A DNA stretch of 63,231 nucleotides, the filler included, from Kipferlia bialata (Eukaryota): the NCBI GenBank assembly GCA_003568945.1. It is 3 parts of 3 records of this genome, joined end to end, with 100 filler letters (N's around TTAATTAATTAA, not from the genome) between each part and the next. Parts side by side here need not be neighbours in the genome. Positions count along the whole stretch, not along the records: positions 46,769 to 63,231 come from BDIP01000203.1; 2 more parts are not named here. One strand, given 5' to 3'. Below the pieces are notes generated by a model. That model made no database searches. It was not told the origin of the DNA and was given only the letters and a program-made list of their open reading frames with translations. The translations under genes and the position numbers were made by a program. Of this stretch, positions 63,175-63,231 are shown one piece after another (the stretch's first letter is position 1; each line of letters starts with the position of its first letter).

Positions 63175-63231
<57 letters not shown>

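Overview
Intron-rich eukaryotic genomic DNA, most likely from an anaerobic fornicate/metamonad flagellate such as Kipferlia. This is an inference from the [FeFe]-hydrogenase, short GT-AG introns with the branch point fused to the 3' splice site, and the microsatellite-filled introns. The window is three separate scaffolds joined by artificial N44-TTAATTAATTAA-N44 linkers (1-20395, 20496-46668, 46769-63231), with further internal gaps and poly-G/C junctions. Recognisable genes: an [FeFe]-hydrogenase fused to a diflavin (CPR/CysJ-like) reductase, two LRR proteins, a CCDC93-like 5' fragment, a Zn-finger Pol-beta-type nucleotidyltransferase, an LRAT/PPPDE-like permuted NlpC/P60 protein, a kelch-like protein, a giant FG-GAP-repeat protein and several hypotheticals. 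The most striking unexplained signal is a recurrent system of 'exon-edge echoes'. These are 20-50 nt partial copies of an exon end or start plus its splice site (once, plus the stop codon), arrayed 2-6 times in the adjacent non-coding DNA and differing from the full exon mostly by SYNONYMOUS substitutions. Also seen: a fused branchpoint/3' splice-site motif, nested snap-back palindromes and a ~40-45 bp dispersed repeat present on all but the first scaffold. All exon boundaries were read by eye and are approximate.
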